Shown here in pieces: positions 23,001 through 31,155 of a DNA stretch of 64,000 nucleotides. Both the position numbers and the translations under genes were made by a program. Every line of letters begins with the position of its first letter. Positions within the stretch are counted from its first letter, which is position 1. The notes under the pieces were generated by a model. That model worked only from the letters and a program-made list of their open reading frames with translations, searched no databases and had not been told where the DNA came from. Origin of the DNA: an uncultured virus (IMG/VR IMGVR_UViG_3300025675_000001) (lineage: Duplodnaviria > Heunggongvirae > Uroviricota > Caudoviricetes > Schitoviridae); the IMG/VR virus record IMGVR_UViG_3300025675_000001. One strand, given 5' to 3'.

Positions 23001-26000
23001 TTTTCCCGTTCGCTCACGAGCGATATGTCCACGCCGGCTTTCGTGTATGGACCCACGCTTGCGGGTGTGGCTGCCATTCCGACCCTGGTGGTGGGTTCGG
23101 GCGATGGACAGATGATGATGAACTTCCTCGCCGAGAACAGCGAGGCTGCCCAAAGGGTGCTGCACGTCTTCGACGGTCTCAACCTGCCGGCTGATGCCAT
23201 CGACGATTATTCCACCACCGTGAACAAGGCGGTGTTCCAGACCTGGACTACGGACACCAACCCGGTCCGGGCCGTGGCCAACAGCATGGCCGCCTTCCTG
23301 GCGGCGGATCCGATCAAGCGTCTGTTCCCGGATGGTCCGCTGAACGCACAGCAGCGACAGGCCCTGAAGGAGCTGTCCCAGGTGTTCCATGAGCGTTTCG
23401 ATGTGGAGCCCGGTGATATTCTCGGACCGTTTGACGCCCAGCTGATGCTGGAAAATATCATGGCGGATCTGAACGATCTGGCCGATGACATCGATCTGCG
23501 CCGTCAGGTCTACCGGTCCTTCCCCGTCTCCGTGGACCAGATGGCCAGTGCGGAGAGCCCGTATGTGAACCCGGGCAAGGTCGAGATCGATCCTGATGCC
23601 ACGCTCGAGGACATCGCGGAAGCGATGCAGAATGTCTACGAAGAGCTGACCACGGAACGCAACAGGCAATGGATTGCTCAGAGCGAGAACCAGGGTGCTG
23701 TCCAAGGTTCTGTTCAAGCCCCGAATGTGGCCCGCGAAGATGTGACCAGCCCGCCTGTGGAGGCGCCGAACCAGAACCTGAGGCAGGCCATCACGTCCAT
23801 GGGTCAGGCTGATCTCGATACCGGTGTCCAGGTGCTGGAGGCGGATCAGCTTTCCGCTCTGGTTCAGGCCCTGCCCAAACGGACCACGAAAGACCAGAAG
23901 GAGGTCTTCGAAGCGGCGGCAGAGAACCTGCGTGAGAGTGGCTACACCATCGTGTTCGGTGGCCGAAACCAGCTCGATGCCTGGGAGAGCAACAACAACG
24001 CGGAGCGGTTCATTCCTGGTTCGAACAGCCATTATGGCAAGATAGATCCGGTGGCGAAGATCATCACGATCAGCAATGTCTCCGTCGAGACGCTCCTGCA
24101 CGAGATGATCCATGCCGCCACACTGGAGAAGGTCCGGGCAGCTTATCAACCGGGGAGCCGGCTCGACAAGACGGATCTCGAAGCCGTGCAGCGCATCGAA
24201 GCCTTGATGCAGGAATGGCTGGCGGTGGATCACGGCCTGTCGAACAACCCGACCCAAGATGCTCATCGCAAGGCGATCTCGACGATCCAGGGTTATCTGG
24301 CCAAGGGCCGGATGCCGGAGGCCGTGAACGAATTCATGGCCTGGGTTCTGGCCAATCAGCGTCTGGCCAGCATGGCGAAAAAGGTGAAGGTGACCAACCC
24401 GGTGGCCCGGATCCTCACACAGGTGCTCGAAGCCCTGAAGGGTCTGTTCTCCCGCCTGGCACCGGGCAAGAAAGCACCCATGGTCTCCGACGATCTGCTT
24501 TCGAACCTTCGCTTCAACGCCCGGGTGCTGATGGCAACGCCGAGCCAGGTGGATCACCTGAAGACGGACTTTGCCGAGACGGCGCTGTATCAGTCCGACA
24601 GCTTCGGTAACGATCCCCGTCTCACGGATCTGCGCCAGAAGTTTATGAAGAAGATCGTGGCCTGGATGCAGGAAGGGGACCAGACGCTTGCCGGCCATCA
24701 CCAGCGGGTCAAGCGGACCGGCGAGGTGCATGCAGCCCGCAGGGCAGCCGATCAGATCGCCACGGTCTTTGCCCAGTATTTCCCGGGTCTGTCCAACATG
24801 CAGGGCTATTCCACCTTCCTTGCCATCCAGACGGCCCTGATGACCGATCTGGAGTTGAACTCGAATGCGTTGTCACGGATCGAGGATCTCTACGAGCACG
24901 TCATCGCCAAGGTGGAGATCTCCGATTTCCGGGAGAACCAGAACCCGGACGATCCCAACGACATCTATCAGGCCCAGCAGAAGTTCAACGCGCTCGAAGG
25001 CGTGTTCATCGACAAGACCGATGCCCATGGCCGTTCCTCGCTGATGTCGTCCTTCCTGGCTCTGGCCATGACGGATGACTCCTTCCGCAAGATCCTGTCC
25101 CGCATGGAAAAGCCCAAGCGGGAACAGAACACGGACGGCACACTGGATGCCAGGATCGAGAATATCGGCATGGCCAGCATGGACCGTCTGGGTCTGAAGC
25201 TGGCCGGAGAACGCAGTTCGGACCGGACTGTCCAGGAGGCACTCGATCGTCTGACCGCAGCCATGATCGAGAATGTCGGAGATCAGCGCACGGCGATCGA
25301 GACGAGTGTGGAAAACGGCTTCATGCGGATCGAACGCAAGATCGCCGACATGGTCCAGTCCGGCAGCGGCCGGCTGGCCGAAGCCTCGGCAGCACTGACC
25401 CGCAGGAGCCAATCCCGCACGGTCAAGGCCGGCGCCTCGATCGTCAGCCTGTTTGCCACCCTGGTGAACGAGCAGAAATCCGCGGATGCGGCCCTGGGCA
25501 TGATGTCCTGGCTCAACCGTCAGAATGGCTGGAACACGATCCGGGATACCGTCTCGAACATCCTGGGTCGGAACAAGGACAATGCCTCGGTCTATGACAT
25601 GATCACCCGGGTCAAATCCGAGGTTCAGCAGGTGCGCCAGCAGTTCCGTGACAAGCTGCCGGGTCAGCTGGCCAAAGCCTTCTCGAAGCCGCCGACCGAA
25701 ACCCAGTGGACAGCCATGTTCAAGGCACTCGGCAAGACGGATCTGGCGGCGATTGCAGCCTCCCGGGGCCTGGCATCGGCGCTTGAGCTGATCAGCAATC
25801 CCCGGCGTGTCACGAGCGAGATCGCCCGTCTAGAAGACGAGATCCGCACGGCTGATCCCACACGTTTCGACACGGTGAAGGCCAAGGCTGAACAGCTGGC
25901 CCATTACCTCAACACCGGCGAGCACGGGCGCTATATCCTGCGCAACGCTGAAGCCATTGCCCGGCTTCTGGGTCAACCGTTCCAGAACCTGCAGAGGGCG

Positions 26001-27953
26001 CCGGCTGCCGATTATGTGGCGGCCATCGATCAGCTGGTCACGCTCTACGCCCTGCAGGGTGTGGATCAATACACCCGGGACCAGATCAGCGAGCTGATGG
26101 GGAACCAGAAGGACAGGGAAGGCGTCGAGTTCGTGATGGCCTATCTGATCGGGCAGCGCAACGATGAGCTGGCCAAGATCGACAACAATGCAGTTGCATT
26201 GTTGAATCACTGGAAAGGCGATCTCCCCTCCGAGCCGAAACAGCGTGGTTCACTGCGGGTGGCCAATGATGACCAGCATCTCGAGATGGTCATGCGGGGT
26301 TACCAGCGGGTCGGGGCCTATGAAGGTTCCCCGGCCGAAATGACACGCCAGAAGCGGTCCTATTATTTCTCGCCGGTCTCCTCCCAGGCCAATTTCAGCC
26401 AGGGCGTGATGCAGACGGTGCATCAGACGGTCTCGGGGATTGATCCGGAGACAGGTTTCTCGGTTCACCAGATGACGGCCGGACGGATCCAGGATCCACG
26501 TCAGGTGCGGACCATCAACCGGGCCATCCATAACCGGGCTGCGAGCCAGGAGAACCTGTTGCCGGTCTTCGATCATCAAGGACGTGTAGTCGCCTACGAG
26601 CGGGGTGTCGATCCGAAACAGACGGCCCGCATGCGCCACAAGACCAACCTGGCCGAGAGCATCGGTGCATGGCGTGGGCGTCAGGCTGAGGAGCTTCTGG
26701 CGCAAGAGGTCAACCGGCAGCTGGTGGACGTGCTGCATGAGACCTGGCTCAAGGCGAAGAAAGAGGGCAAGGCCAAGGAATTCGTGAACGTGCTGAACCT
26801 TGGCAACAATCCCGATCCTGTGCTGGTCGATGCCGCCAGACTGATCCCGCATCATGCCCGGGAGCATGCCCAGAGCCTGTTCGGCAAGCATGTTCTGATG
26901 GTGAACCGGGGCCAGTTGCTCGATGCACTGGGGGCCCGGAATGCGTCGGTGCGGGATGTCTTCACAGGCGAAACCCGCTGGAACCCGAAGATCGCCAGGG
27001 AATTCCAGAACGTGGCCATCGGTCTGTTTGGCAGGAAGGCTTATGCCCGCCTGGCCGGCGCCGAGGAGACGTTCCAGGAACTGATCTCGAATGCCAAAAC
27101 GACCATTGTGGTGCGGTCCGTGATCGTGCCGGTCGGCAACATGGTGGCCAATATGGGCCAGCTGCTCAACCGGGGTGTGCCCCTGCGGCAGGTGGTGAAG
27201 GGTGTCATGGAGAAGGCGGCCCTGACCAACGATTACATCAAGCGCCGGGATCGGCAGATCCGTCTGGAAGCCGAACTCCGGGCTGCCGAGGCACGCCGGG
27301 ACATCATGAAGATGCGCAAGCTGGAAAACGAGATCCAGTCGATCAAGGATTCCTACCGGCGCATGAGCATCTGGCCACTGATCGAGGCCGGTGAATTCTC
27401 GGCCATCGCCGACGGCAAGGTGAACACCATGGATCTGGCCATTGCCGACGGACGCTGGACGGATTGGGTCGAGAGCAAGATCCAGACCTTGCCGCCCGGG
27501 TTCCGGACGACTGTGCGCTATGGCTTGCTCACCCGGGACACGGCGCTCTTCCAGGGCCTGGCTCAGGCGATCCAGTACGGGGATTTCGTCTCCCGTGCTG
27601 TGCTCTATGATCACCTGACCCAGGCCAAGAAGATGAACCAGAACGAGGCTCTAGCTTCGGTGAACGAGGCCTTCGTGAACTACAACCGTCTCGCCGGCAG
27701 AGACAGGCAGTACATCGAGAGCATCGGTCTGATGTGGTTCTACAACTTCAAGATCCGGATCATGAAGGAGGCAGTCTACACACTGCGCAACCATCCGATC
27801 CGGTCCTTGCTGATCTGGGGAGCACCGATCGGTAGCCCGATCTCCGATAACCTGGCCACCGTGGCCATGGAAGATCGTCTAGGCTACTCGCTCGGCCCGG
27901 CCATGGGGTGGAATGCCCCAAGCCTCAATCCCTGGTTCAACCTGACACAATGA
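17007..27953 (+). CDS. Virion-encapsidated RNA polymerase (N4 gp50-like vRNAP)
   Basis: 3648 aa; motif A EADGKTNG, motif B RGLTKNPLTITIYG, motif C VFDG; no Cys seen by eye, as in N4 vRNAP. Confidence 0.96.
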   Translation: MFDILDPSTWSFPALSGRAEGKPRQGFSSPLDPRPNYETTPREQPASSGSAEVPLGPQLSPAEQLKHDLAQIRAANADPDTLALFTVSQDRGNSLTANNQVLADYRGMTPLQFQDKYGQRVYQEMVSIGIGGHHVRDLAASDRGTSEHVKDSTLDVLGGLTQGAIGLQAMHDQMVPDAFGGDWLRLRTARNAQVARETLQGNQSRELNRLRYVDGLRTELDRIDNERLFEQDRSDDEGLIDTLESYGQNILRDAGAGMNRWWEEPAMLGSATGEGVGTLVLGGPVARTASVGAQAANRAITRGLTGRAAIPTAARAVDDAIAKAAFPLTIAGMEGGSASNEAINEVMNMPEAELAQSEEYQRLLAQNLTPQEAREKLALEAGSIALAVTAPVAGATGKLVQRFEMNPLSRTSPGGLLSNMAREGVEETIQSGASQTGVNLGVQISGADPDRRATESVGSAAAQGGLAGSMTPVATQGPLLAIEQAAKAAGVTLMAPIKALSRRRDRIVGEVQQESTVNPDTLRPAMKAAADAAESVAQGVQTLASEAQVDPNQVETFVANLVQASQTRQEDLEDLPDAVGAQLVTMRDELGRVPDRFEVLLAVAGEAMNETAAPLDRAAAAAFLIKHVENNRSLFSEALPEFLDNVPEDRAEYQAFQRYAKILTRVEQVPQIQQAMKWARESMQLPEVDFVNLDFASAEGQSQAQRMVRDTVNVAAVAPQAVPLETAEQILMQADEGNVTLSTQQRQILQSTRDLLNAARIHALQNRAIDDLQEWREARADVDREMNQDDLQALHADMIKVITDQIETSGGPSRTQLSLRDHVAGISHAVQKGDMDLAKVRAQHLHKFAQSHINKVAAANESTRRGDNKNVPYQAYNPTDDVFYESRKGWGVNVGNAGSERATRSVFNDAVAVARLASDVARNFPEFGLRELTVPELLIDAPTDVGSQVPVDEVKEKGSSTPETDTQPQATTSRDDVGSQEELPPSQSQPVSEAQVKETETPAPQIETVQETQVEPEGETQVETQAEAPLSREEVQDTVEQAIDEAIEERLGPAVEPILELEPVTEVAAELVEPETVTPLDEAPSSEFYEPPTIQEVFSSLARPAGTNWFHKAFRLPKKMKSRMQELFEPLRDLYEMLGRSQSLFSFMGNKTLPYDVTGEDAANVRRLLVLGNNVLGQMKIRLRDKVTKDGLLQKLENGEDLLRFRDLRVINLLDRTERGYRYNQRLVETAVMAGLDWAVNLSNREKPVTAQELAEILGMDEADAAQYVSEFNKGMSLDMAKRSLAQHIVKFWGLETNRDARAAYAKGIGEAIAAEVLHGLDHVGLVELRIKKADADLRLTIPGITDKSFNRVWFDTRPQEIQNLIQALNPVHDLLSDIVLIDKEIEGYAIGSPVTDVDDTQLRNPMVRLSRKAKRALENAQKTPYLPNHTVYDFYQAIGEEAYVTLMSGAPYRNGDLTKTHEEMGYNKGHWESIKGRQRGLVNDFRNITRQMEAVRKHGRDVPTFYKHHNNKLGRTQMDGPSNPQTSKTAREIFMPTRAVLDLSQAEGPAMDAFLMTIGQGIGLKTEKLTRAEVVEEVTTQTMTEGGSLFPLVQEMQAWLRERTAGRGVDLPRSIFDLMLEAQLSDHGLHSLLSVARYLNAREDGADLSQFETFTYLEADGKTNGPINALMLLGHGPITAEWLRMVAKGGAFFGRLGKSLNSHDDKADLYQESAVATQTNVVELGEFMKGTSPEAHAQFLTFQRFLAAVNADVQVSEDGEIVISRGLTKNPLTITIYGSGAKGIAGKIADELATVIYETLTESIRSEKPAGELLYGEGEHRSFMRDLQDLVSKSVHQKTGGEYFVKEHNNPLKGDAQSFALTPAQANVLRANVKTFLVDPMRAAIDTTVMGHVASVTSRVQKATQIQSIILKGMFITEVTKRLAKMKANPDAYEYRNGDFLSEKELDEIRNDLMRLSPVIDTGTQGYMLSGGETSNLFDKTTVQIDGQPVEVTMPRDFSRSLTSDMSTPAFVYGPTLAGVAAIPTLVVGSGDGQMMMNFLAENSEAAQRVLHVFDGLNLPADAIDDYSTTVNKAVFQTWTTDTNPVRAVANSMAAFLAADPIKRLFPDGPLNAQQRQALKELSQVFHERFDVEPGDILGPFDAQLMLENIMADLNDLADDIDLRRQVYRSFPVSVDQMASAESPYVNPGKVEIDPDATLEDIAEAMQNVYEELTTERNRQWIAQSENQGAVQGSVQAPNVAREDVTSPPVEAPNQNLRQAITSMGQADLDTGVQVLEADQLSALVQALPKRTTKDQKEVFEAAAENLRESGYTIVFGGRNQLDAWESNNNAERFIPGSNSHYGKIDPVAKIITISNVSVETLLHEMIHAATLEKVRAAYQPGSRLDKTDLEAVQRIEALMQEWLAVDHGLSNNPTQDAHRKAISTIQGYLAKGRMPEAVNEFMAWVLANQRLASMAKKVKVTNPVARILTQVLEALKGLFSRLAPGKKAPMVSDDLLSNLRFNARVLMATPSQVDHLKTDFAETALYQSDSFGNDPRLTDLRQKFMKKIVAWMQEGDQTLAGHHQRVKRTGEVHAARRAADQIATVFAQYFPGLSNMQGYSTFLAIQTALMTDLELNSNALSRIEDLYEHVIAKVEISDFRENQNPDDPNDIYQAQQKFNALEGVFIDKTDAHGRSSLMSSFLALAMTDDSFRKILSRMEKPKREQNTDGTLDARIENIGMASMDRLGLKLAGERSSDRTVQEALDRLTAAMIENVGDQRTAIETSVENGFMRIERKIADMVQSGSGRLAEASAALTRRSQSRTVKAGASIVSLFATLVNEQKSADAALGMMSWLNRQNGWNTIRDTVSNILGRNKDNASVYDMITRVKSEVQQVRQQFRDKLPGQLAKAFSKPPTETQWTAMFKALGKTDLAAIAASRGLASALELISNPRRVTSEIARLEDEIRTADPTRFDTVKAKAEQLAHYLNTGEHGRYILRNAEAIARLLGQPFQNLQRAPAADYVAAIDQLVTLYALQGVDQYTRDQISELMGNQKDREGVEFVMAYLIGQRNDELAKIDNNAVALLNHWKGDLPSEPKQRGSLRVANDDQHLEMVMRGYQRVGAYEGSPAEMTRQKRSYYFSPVSSQANFSQGVMQTVHQTVSGIDPETGFSVHQMTAGRIQDPRQVRTINRAIHNRAASQENLLPVFDHQGRVVAYERGVDPKQTARMRHKTNLAESIGAWRGRQAEELLAQEVNRQLVDVLHETWLKAKKEGKAKEFVNVLNLGNNPDPVLVDAARLIPHHAREHAQSLFGKHVLMVNRGQLLDALGARNASVRDVFTGETRWNPKIAREFQNVAIGLFGRKAYARLAGAEETFQELISNAKTTIVVRSVIVPVGNMVANMGQLLNRGVPLRQVVKGVMEKAALTNDYIKRRDRQIRLEAELRAAEARRDIMKMRKLENEIQSIKDSYRRMSIWPLIEAGEFSAIADGKVNTMDLAIADGRWTDWVESKIQTLPPGFRTTVRYGLLTRDTALFQGLAQAIQYGDFVSRAVLYDHLTQAKKMNQNEALASVNEAFVNYNRLAGRDRQYIESIGLMWFYNFKIRIMKEAVYTLRNHPIRSLLIWGAPIGSPISDNLATVAMEDRLGYSLGPAMGWNAPSLNPWFNLTQ

Positions 27954-28055
27954 AGTTGTCTGGGAAGCTGCGTGGTGGGAGGGCTATCGACCTTGAGGGT
28001 CTAGCCCACCCTCCCGTGGTGTGGGCACACCATGCCGCCACGCCGGCATTTGGGT

Positions 28056-28217
28056 CTAATCTTCCTGGTTGGCGATCTGACTTTCGACCCAGGCCCAATA
28101 ACCGCGGCGGGTCTCACCGTTCATGACTTCGGTTTGCCAGTCGGCAACCACATACTTGGGATGCTCTCCCCAGTACCCGCCATGTTGGGCAATGAGGTTG
28201 TCAAGATCGTCATCCAT
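28056..28217 (-). CDS. Small hypothetical protein (53 aa, below ORF-track cutoff)
   Basis: Hand-translated MDDDLDNLIAQHGGYWGEHPKYVVADWQTEVMNGETRRGYWAWVESQIANQED; strong AAGGAGG RBS. Confidence 0.7.
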   Translation of the reverse strand: MDDDLDNLIAQHGGYWGEHPKYVVADWQTEVMNGETRRGYWAWVESQIANQED

Positions 28218-28240
28218 GAAGATCCCTCCTTTCTGTGGCG

Positions 28241-28390
28241 CTACCCGTCTCCCTTGATGATCGCATAGGCGATCAGGCTTACGCCCACGAAGATTATCAA
28301 GAAAAACAGGATTGGGATTATCCAGATAATAATAACGAATAATCCCAAAGTGATAAGCGCTCCCAGAAGGAGCGCCTTCAAGGCTGCCAT
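28241..28390 (-). CDS. Small highly hydrophobic membrane protein (49 aa)
   Basis: Hand-translated MAALKALLLGALITLGLFVIIIWIIPILFFLIIFVGVSLIAYAIIKGDG; starts 3 nt after the upstream stop. Confidence 0.6.
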   Translation of the reverse strand: MAALKALLLGALITLGLFVIIIWIIPILFFLIIFVGVSLIAYAIIKGDG

Positions 28391-28393
28391 GGC

Positions 28394-29005
28394 TTACCCG
28401 GTGGCCCGGGTGAGATTGGCAAACAGGGACTTGGCCGCCACTTCCGGATCAGGCGGAGGCGGGGGCGGTGTCATCGCAGCCGAAGTTCCTGCCTGAGGGA
28501 AGATCGTGCTGAGAGACGCGGGTTCTGCCTTCGGCGCTTCCTCTCCCTCCTTGGGAGCCAGATCGGGAGGCGTGGGCCTCTGGAAGGCTGGCGGAATCGG
28601 CGCCGTCATGGGCTGTTGAGGTTCCTGCTTGGGCGGATCCGGATCGAAGGGAGGCGGATCGTCTGCCGGCTGAGCAACGGGTTCCGCTGATGCCGCAGCT
28701 GGGATAGGAGGAGGAGCAGGCTCCTCATCCTTGTCCTCGGCCTTCTCTTCTGGTTCCTCGGCCTTGACCTCGGGTTCCGCCTTCTTCTGGCGGCGCTTGC
28801 CCTTGGTCTTGCCGGTGCTCTGGGCAACCGGCTTCTCGACCCGGGTTTCCGACGAGCGGAAGATCTCGATGCGGGCAATGGTGTTGTCGTCATCGTCGGT
28901 GTCGAAGCTGACCTCGACTTCCTGGTCGTCGTTGATGGAGATCTGGCTGTGGACCATCTCCTTGACGGCCTCCATGATCTCGTCCTGGTTCAAAATGATC
29001 TGCAT
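28394..29005 (-). CDS. Hypothetical protein with Pro/Glu-rich disordered C-terminus
   Basis: MQIILNQDEI N-terminus; in operon after the resolvase. Confidence 0.65.
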   Translation of the reverse strand: MQIILNQDEIMEAVKEMVHSQISINDDQEVEVSFDTDDDDNTIARIEIFRSSETRVEKPVAQSTGKTKGKRRQKKAEPEVKAEEPEEKAEDKDEEPAPPPIPAAASAEPVAQPADDPPPFDPDPPKQEPQQPMTAPIPPAFQRPTPPDLAPKEGEEAPKAEPASLSTIFPQAGTSAAMTPPPPPPDPEVAAKSLFANLTRATG

Positions 29006-29009
29006 GGGC

Positions 29010-29564
29010 TCATACCTCTGAGTGAAGACGCAGGAGATTCTGGAACATCGGGGTTCGCACTCCGGCGTGAATGGATGCTATGGCGTCTGCCAGGTGTTCG
29101 GCCTTGTCGGGAATCTTCCCGGCATGGCGGGGGAAGTTGGCTTCCGGATAGAGCTCCTCGGCGCGAATGATCATCTCGCGCTTGGAAGCGAGCTTGTTGC
29201 CGGTGAAGACCTGTTTGGTCTCGAGCGCCGTGACCTCGATCAGCGGAATGCCCAGGGCTCTGACGGCACCAAGGACACCAACACAGATCCCGTAGCTGGC
29301 CATGGCCCGGGCTGATTTGGAGCCGACCGGGACTTCCACGAAAATCACCTTCGCCTTGCTGGCCAGACGGATCACGGTCGATGCCAGCTGTTCGGAAAGA
29401 TGCAGATCCTGGGAATTCTGGCGCACCTGCTTGCCTTTCAGATCCTGGGGCTGAACCAGAGACAGAAAAGGCGTGGTCAGGATGCCGGTCTTCAGATTGA
29501 GAGAGGCCTCGGCCAGACCCCAGTTTCTGAGGCTGGGGTCCATGCCGAGGACAGAGATCTCCAT
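29010..29564 (-). CDS. RuvC-like Holliday junction resolvase (N4 gp46-like)
   Basis: LGMDPSLRNWG, FVEVPVGS and EHLADA motifs; start reassigned to MEISV. Confidence 0.85.
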   Translation of the reverse strand: MEISVLGMDPSLRNWGLAEASLNLKTGILTTPFLSLVQPQDLKGKQVRQNSQDLHLSEQLASTVIRLASKAKVIFVEVPVGSKSARAMASYGICVGVLGAVRALGIPLIEVTALETKQVFTGNKLASKREMIIRAEELYPEANFPRHAGKIPDKAEHLADAIASIHAGVRTPMFQNLLRLHSEV

Positions 29565-29571
29565 CCGGCCC

Positions 29572-30318
29572 TCAGCCGAACAGAGAGGTGGTCTTGGCAG
29601 CCGATTGCGCTGCCGTGGGCGGTGCGCCCGGAGGACGGCCAGAACGACCGGCCGTGTTGTCGTTGGAGGAACGCCGATCACGGACCTGACCGGCATTCTT
29701 CTCCACCCACGCACCATGGAATGTGGGTGTCTGGGTACCCTTCTTGGCTTCGACGACGGTCAGGTTCGAGGGATAGTGAAACACCTTGTCGGTGACGTTC
29801 TCTTCCCGGCTCTCCGGAGAATCCTCGTACTCGCCGGTGGTGGTGTTCTTCACCTGCTTGTTGCGGATCTCCTTGATGATCCCGAGGGTGACCTGCTTGC
29901 CGAGCAGATCGACGAGCATCGGTACCGACTTGGGCAGCTCCTTCTTGTGCTCAGGGTCATAGACGTTCATGACCTTGTCCTCAGCGATCTGCTGGGCCAG
30001 GGGCTTGTTGGTCGTGACCAGGCAGATGTCATCGACGACAGTGAAGCCGGGCAGGGGCACCTTCTTGGTCTGGTCATTCTTGTCCAGGAAGAAGTTCTGA
30101 CCGTTGCGGTTGGTGACCCAGAAGGTCTCACGATATTCCCCGTCGGGGAAGTCGAAGATCATGGTGACATTCTGGGCATTCGATGCGGCAGCCTTGCCGG
30201 CATAGGCCGCCTTGATCGTGCCGGTGTAAGCGCCCGCATCGCGGACCTTGAAACCACCCAGGCGATCCTGGGCTTCCTCGAGACCATCATTGGTCAGGTT
30301 ACCAAAAACTTGGGACAT
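29572..30318 (-). CDS. Single-stranded DNA-binding protein (N4 gp45-like)
   Basis: DRLGG, LPGF, REENVTDKVF motifs and SLFG C-terminus; synteny. Confidence 0.85.
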   Translation of the reverse strand: MSQVFGNLTNDGLEEAQDRLGGFKVRDAGAYTGTIKAAYAGKAAASNAQNVTMIFDFPDGEYRETFWVTNRNGQNFFLDKNDQTKKVPLPGFTVVDDICLVTTNKPLAQQIAEDKVMNVYDPEHKKELPKSVPMLVDLLGKQVTLGIIKEIRNKQVKNTTTGEYEDSPESREENVTDKVFHYPSNLTVVEAKKGTQTPTFHGAWVEKNAGQVRDRRSSNDNTAGRSGRPPGAPPTAAQSAAKTTSLFG

Positions 30319-30347
30319 TGGCAGTTCCTCATGTTGGAGCGATGTGG

Positions 30348-31082
30348 TCATCCGCCGTGATAGAAACGGTTGAGATGATCCAGCAGAAGTTGAGCACAGT
30401 TGTCCATATAGGTCTGTTCACGGGTGAACATACCCATAGGAGAACGAATGCTTTCGCCAACCGTGGCTTTGGTTGGCCGGGTCTGGAAAACGTGCTTGTA
30501 GCCGAGTTCCCGATCTTCGTCGGTGATGGTGAGAAGATCAGACCCGTATTTTTCCAGCTCGGTGAGCTGGACTTTCTTGGCTGCAACAACGGTGGAGAAG
30601 TAGGCTTCCACACCGTTATTTTTCAGCGATCCCTTGATGGGAACCTTGGTTTTCATCTCGTGCTTCACCTCATCGAGTTCATCTTTGACGTGAGCCGTGA
30701 TGATGGTGGGCTTGTTGAACAGCACCACCTTTTCCTGCATCAGTCCCTTGAAGAACTGGAAGAAGTTCGCCCAGGCCTTCTGACCGTCCGAGGCGCCATA
30801 GATGTAGAGGCTCTCGTACATGTCCATCAGGAAGGTGAGACTGTCCAGGACGATGCCGTTGAACTGCTCGGGATGAGCCGTGGCATGGTCGAACCCTTCA
30901 TAGACCTGGTAGGGATCCGAGATCTTGAAGGATTTGAACTTGTTGGGGAACGGCAAACGCTTGCCGGCCTCCGTGTTGAGATACATCCACTTGTCCTGAT
31001 CGCGGATGTTGCGCAGGCTGGCGCTCTTGCCTGTGGAAGAGAAGCCCGCGATCAGAACCAGCTGATCATTGATGTCGTTCAT
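30348..31082 (-). CDS. AAA/Sak4-like ATPase (N4 gp44-like)
   Basis: Walker A GFSSTGKS, YLNTEAGKRLPF and IRSPMGMF. Confidence 0.85.
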   Translation of the reverse strand: MNDINDQLVLIAGFSSTGKSASLRNIRDQDKWMYLNTEAGKRLPFPNKFKSFKISDPYQVYEGFDHATAHPEQFNGIVLDSLTFLMDMYESLYIYGASDGQKAWANFFQFFKGLMQEKVVLFNKPTIITAHVKDELDEVKHEMKTKVPIKGSLKNNGVEAYFSTVVAAKKVQLTELEKYGSDLLTITDEDRELGYKHVFQTRPTKATVGESIRSPMGMFTREQTYMDNCAQLLLDHLNRFYHGG

Positions 31083-31155
31083 TGCGCCCTCGTCTGGTGG
31101 AAAGGATGAAATTCAGCGACCCGAGAAAAGCCCTGGGCAGGCCCCCGATCTGAAC

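Noticed and set aside
4578..27614. Long antisense ORFs (4578-6266, 12078-13961, 14439-16982, 22503-24731 and others)
   Set aside because: They shadow well-supported genes on the other strand; expected from GC-rich codon bias; no recognisable motifs.
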